Virus record (IMG/VR): IMGVR_UViG_3300027743_000001
Span: 22,543 to 86,542 of that record
DNA: 64,000 bases
Direction: 5' to 3' (one strand)
Source: a virus
Made by a program: the position numbers and the translations under genes
Shown here: piece by piece, positions 61,047-64,000 of the stretch
How positions within the stretch are numbered: position 1 is the first letter of the stretch
Layout: every line of letters starts with the position of its first letter
Notes under the pieces: model-generated
Seen by the model: only the letters and a program-made list of their open reading frames with translations
The model's database searches: none
What the model was told of the DNA's origin: nothing

Positions 61047-62933
61047 TCACCTCTCTTTGCCTAGGATCAAGTCTATAAGGCCCTGCCGATCCTTGTCCCG
61101 GATCACCTGCTCGATGGCCGTTTCGTTCTGATCGAGCCGCTCCAGCTGCGAGAACTCCACGGTCCCCTCCGTGAAGTAGTCGACCACGCTGAGGGAGCTG
61201 TGCTTCTCCGCCCCCGGCCGGTGGAACCTGGCCATGGCCTGCGTCATGGTGGGGGACGACCAGGAGCGCTGAACCATCAGGATAGTGTCGGCCGCCGTCA
61301 GCGTGATCCCCTCGGCCGCCGCCCCGAACGTGCAGAAGATGTACTGCCGCTTCCCAGACTGGAACATCTCCATTGCCCGTTTGATCTCGTGGTCCGGGAG
61401 CCCGCCCGCGATCACCGCGATCTCATTCCAGTTGGTCCCCATACGGGTGCGCAACACGTCCTCTGTCAACCGCAGGAGCTTCTTGCTCTCGAAGAACACG
61501 ATGCACTGCGAGTCGCCGAAGTCGCCCGAGGCGATATCGTCCACTACCGCGTCGACCTTGCACGACGGCATAGCCAGGTTGATGGTCACGCGGGGTGTCT
61601 CCTGGCCCGGGACGACCGAGGTGATCACCGAGCCGTGCGCCTGAGCCAGCATCATCAGCCGGCCGGTCTTGATCATGATGTTCTGCGCTGTCAACCGGTC
61701 TACCGAGCCGTCCGGCTGCCGGAGCCACGCGACCATCTGGTCCCGCATCTCGACGTAAGCCTTCTCCTGCGCCTTGCCCATGGCCACCGTCCGGACCAAC
61801 GAGCCGCCGCGTTGGATCTCTGGCAGGTTGAGAACGTCCGCCTTCAGAACCCGGCGGGTGATCGCCTGGAACGTCGCCTGGAACTCCTGCTCCCGCTCCT
61901 GCTTCAGACCCAGGACCCGCTCGAACCCCGCGTTGTCGAATCCCTTCCGGCAATACCAGTCCACCCAGCTGCTCTTGACCGGCCACGCAACCGGGTCCAG
62001 CCAGTGCAGCGGGGACCAGCAATCGTCGGGGGTACGAGATACCAGGGTGCCCGAGAGCCCCCACCTACGGGCTTCTGGACGGGCTGCGGAAAGACCCCAT
62101 AACGCCTGAGCGTTCACAGTCTTCGCATTCCGGATTCGGTGGATCTCGTCCGCGACGATCACCGACCAGGGAATCGCGTTGAGTTCCTTCTCGTGTGCCT
62201 GGCACTGCGCCGGCTTGACCGAGCCCTCTTCAGAGAGCTTTGGCCCGCCGCACTTCTCGCACTTCTTCAGCGCGTGGCCCGGGAACGCACGTAGCCGGGT
62301 GTGCGTGCGCATGGCCTCCCAGCCGATGATCACGATGTCGCCCGGCCCCACCTCGGCCAGCTGCTTGCGCCGCTGCATCAGAGTCCCACCGACCACTACC
62401 GCCCGAGCCCCCGGCCCCAGGTACTCCGCGATCTCAGACTGCCACCCCCAGCGGACCTTGTTCGGGCAGACGACCAGGACCGGCCCCGCCTCCAGCAGAT
62501 CGTCAGCTGCCAGAGCCGCCAGGACCGCCCGGGTCTTGCCGACCCCGACCTCACTCAGCAGCAGCCGGCCCGGGATCTGAGCCTGCTCTGTCAACCACAG
62601 CGCGTCCTGCACCTGGTGCGAGTAGAGGCGACCCCCCACATGGACAGCCTCCCGCTGCGCGGACTGCTCCAGCAACTCAGACCAGCGCGCCTTGTCCTCG
62701 GCCACCCACATCCCCACGGCAACGTCCGGCTGCAGCGGGATCCGGAGGTAGCGCGCGATGTCACCCAGCGCCAGGACCGCCGGCCGCTTGGCCGGGATAG
62801 TCCAGCACGCCCCGTCCTTCCAGTAGAGCGCGCCAGGGATCTCCTTGATCCTGCCCAGCGTGGCCGGGGGAGACTTCACCGCCAGCCGGCCGGAGTAGCG
62901 GTTGCCATCAGGGACGAACGAAACGTTGATCAC
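61047..62933 (-). CDS. SNF2-family helicase
   Basis: EVGVGKT, VADEIH, LSGT, EGITLT and QAMARFHR motifs. Confidence 0.9.
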   Translation of the reverse strand: MINVSFVPDGNRYSGRLAVKSPPATLGRIKEIPGALYWKDGACWTIPAKRPAVLALGDIARYLRIPLQPDVAVGMWVAEDKARWSELLEQSAQREAVHVGGRLYSHQVQDALWLTEQAQIPGRLLLSEVGVGKTRAVLAALAADDLLEAGPVLVVCPNKVRWGWQSEIAEYLGPGARAVVVGGTLMQRRKQLAEVGPGDIVIIGWEAMRTHTRLRAFPGHALKKCEKCGGPKLSEEGSVKPAQCQAHEKELNAIPWSVIVADEIHRIRNAKTVNAQALWGLSAARPEARRWGLSGTLVSRTPDDCWSPLHWLDPVAWPVKSSWVDWYCRKGFDNAGFERVLGLKQEREQEFQATFQAITRRVLKADVLNLPEIQRGGSLVRTVAMGKAQEKAYVEMRDQMVAWLRQPDGSVDRLTAQNIMIKTGRLMMLAQAHGSVITSVVPGQETPRVTINLAMPSCKVDAVVDDIASGDFGDSQCIVFFESKKLLRLTEDVLRTRMGTNWNEIAVIAGGLPDHEIKRAMEMFQSGKRQYIFCTFGAAAEGITLTAADTILMVQRSWSSPTMTQAMARFHRPGAEKHSSLSVVDYFTEGTVEFSQLERLDQNETAIEQVIRDKDRQGLIDLILGKER

Positions 62934-63223
62934 TAGTCTCCCCGGAACTCTTCATCAAGGTCTTCATCAGACTTGGCCTTGGCCGGAGGCAGCGGCAGGA
63001 ACCGTTCTTCGATCTCTCGCTCCTCCCGAAGCTTGGCCTTGATCCGGATGTGCGCAGTCGAGTCCGTGAACGTGAGCCCCTGTAGCCGGCCCCGCCACGT
63101 GATCTCCGCCTTCTTGATGTACCTGGCCCCGTAGAGATCCGCCATGTCCAGCGCAGCCTTCAGCTCATCGACTGTCATACCCACGTCGCGGTTACTGGCC
63201 GACGCTGTGAACTCAACTCCCAC
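62933..63223 (-). CDS. Hypothetical protein
   Basis: Coupled between the resolvase and the helicase. Confidence 0.55.
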   Translation of the reverse strand: MGVEFTASASNRDVGMTVDELKAALDMADLYGARYIKKAEITWRGRLQGLTFTDSTAHIRIKAKLREEREIEERFLPLPPAKAKSDEDLDEEFRGD

Positions 63224-63653
63224 GGCTGAACTCCCCTACATGATTGCTTGCCCACAATAGACAGTGACGTAGCGCGTCCCGCGCGTGGCCCCGCCCCTTA
63301 GGGACAGGATAGTGTTTCATGCGCTCCTCAGTCGCGAACGCCTTCGCATCTCCCGGATCCTGTAGCCAAATCTTGTTCCCATTCAGGTGGCACTCGCCCT
63401 TCATCCAGCCGATCATCTCAAGGCTGGCCGGTTGCCAGGTCTTGTACCCGGGTCGCGGCTTGAAGGACTCAGTGACCACGCACAGACTCGCGAGGGATGT
63501 GCTGAGCACCTTGTGAAAGTAGTCGATGAACTGAGTCTGCGTGTGCTCGTGCCACTCCAGCACGCTGATCTCTTCAGGGCCATAGGCCACTGCCCGGATG
63601 ACCCCCGTCATGACCCCCGGATCAACAGCCACGATCGTGACCATCCTGACCAC
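63213..63653 (-). CDS. RuvC-like Holliday junction resolvase
   Basis: IVAVDPGVMTG, VVTESF and HARDALRH. Confidence 0.75.
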   Translation of the reverse strand: MVRMVTIVAVDPGVMTGVIRAVAYGPEEISVLEWHEHTQTQFIDYFHKVLSTSLASLCVVTESFKPRPGYKTWQPASLEMIGWMKGECHLNGNKIWLQDPGDAKAFATEERMKHYPVPKGRGHARDALRHCLLWASNHVGEFSRGS

Positions 63654-63661
63654 CTGCCTTC

Positions 63662-64000
63662 TTACTTGCAGTCTGCCCATGTTCGGCCGATCACTGGAGT
63701 TGCCGTGATGGAGACCCCGTACTCCTGCTTGTCAACAACAGCGTTCATCACCTCGCGGATCGTGTCAACCGCCTCGATGACTGCCCACGCCGGCATCTCG
63801 AACAGGACCTCATCGTGCACCGGCAAGATCATGTACTCCTCCAGCCCGGCCTGCTGGAGCCCGATCAGCGCCTTCTTCAGGATCTCAGCCGCGTGGCCCT
63901 GCGTGGCCCAGTTGGGGAGCTTCCGGATCTCCTGCCGACGCTTGAGCTTGAACCGCCGGCCGGTCGGGGTGGTCACGTAGAAGCCTTCAGGGTTGAGCTT
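63662..64000 (-). CDS. polA: DNA polymerase I (family A), C-terminal part
   Basis: T.TGRR, N..TQG.AAEILK and PVHDEV motif C; runs off the window end. Confidence 0.85.
   Translation of the reverse strand, partial: KLNPEGFYVTTPTGRRFKLKRRQEIRKLPNWATQGHAAEILKKALIGLQQAGLEEYMILPVHDEVLFEMPAWAVIEAVDTIREVMNAVVDKQEYGVSITATPVIGRTWADCK

Noticed and set aside
1-64000. tRNA genes, integrase/att sites or prophage boundaries
   Set aside because: No cloverleaf with T-loop consensus, no recombinase and no host housekeeping genes recognised; lifestyle cannot be determined from this window.

Overview
High-GC window that reads as a tailed actinobacteriophage genome segment with similarity in gene type to cluster-B-like siphoviruses; no integrase, tRNA or CRISPR array was seen. 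1-26.6 kb (minus strand) is the virion module: minor tail/fibre paralogs, terminase, MuF, portal, a 2730-aa multidomain protein (peptidoglycan-binding, 2H phosphoesterase, kinase-like), a RelA/SpoT-domain protein with a small downstream partner, maturation protease, major capsid and major tail protein. 26.7-47.4 kb (mostly plus) is an accessory region of small genes with a type IV pilin, a PilX-like protein, several exported proteins and a GHKL ATPase + DNA methyltransferase operon. 48-64 kb (mostly minus) holds a candidate origin, primase-polymerase, SNF2 helicase, RuvC-like resolvase and the end of DNA polymerase I. The strongest unexplained signals are: (1) the octamer GGTTGACA/TGTCAACC, about 80 copies by eye, inside genes on both strands and doubled at a 10-bp offset in early promoters; (2) four sigma28/FliA/WhiG-type promoters alongside phage-borne pilins; (3) head-region cargo proteins punctuated by a recurring candidate cleavage motif; (4) several structured non-coding hairpin clusters. 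All calls come from motif recognition by eye, without database searches.
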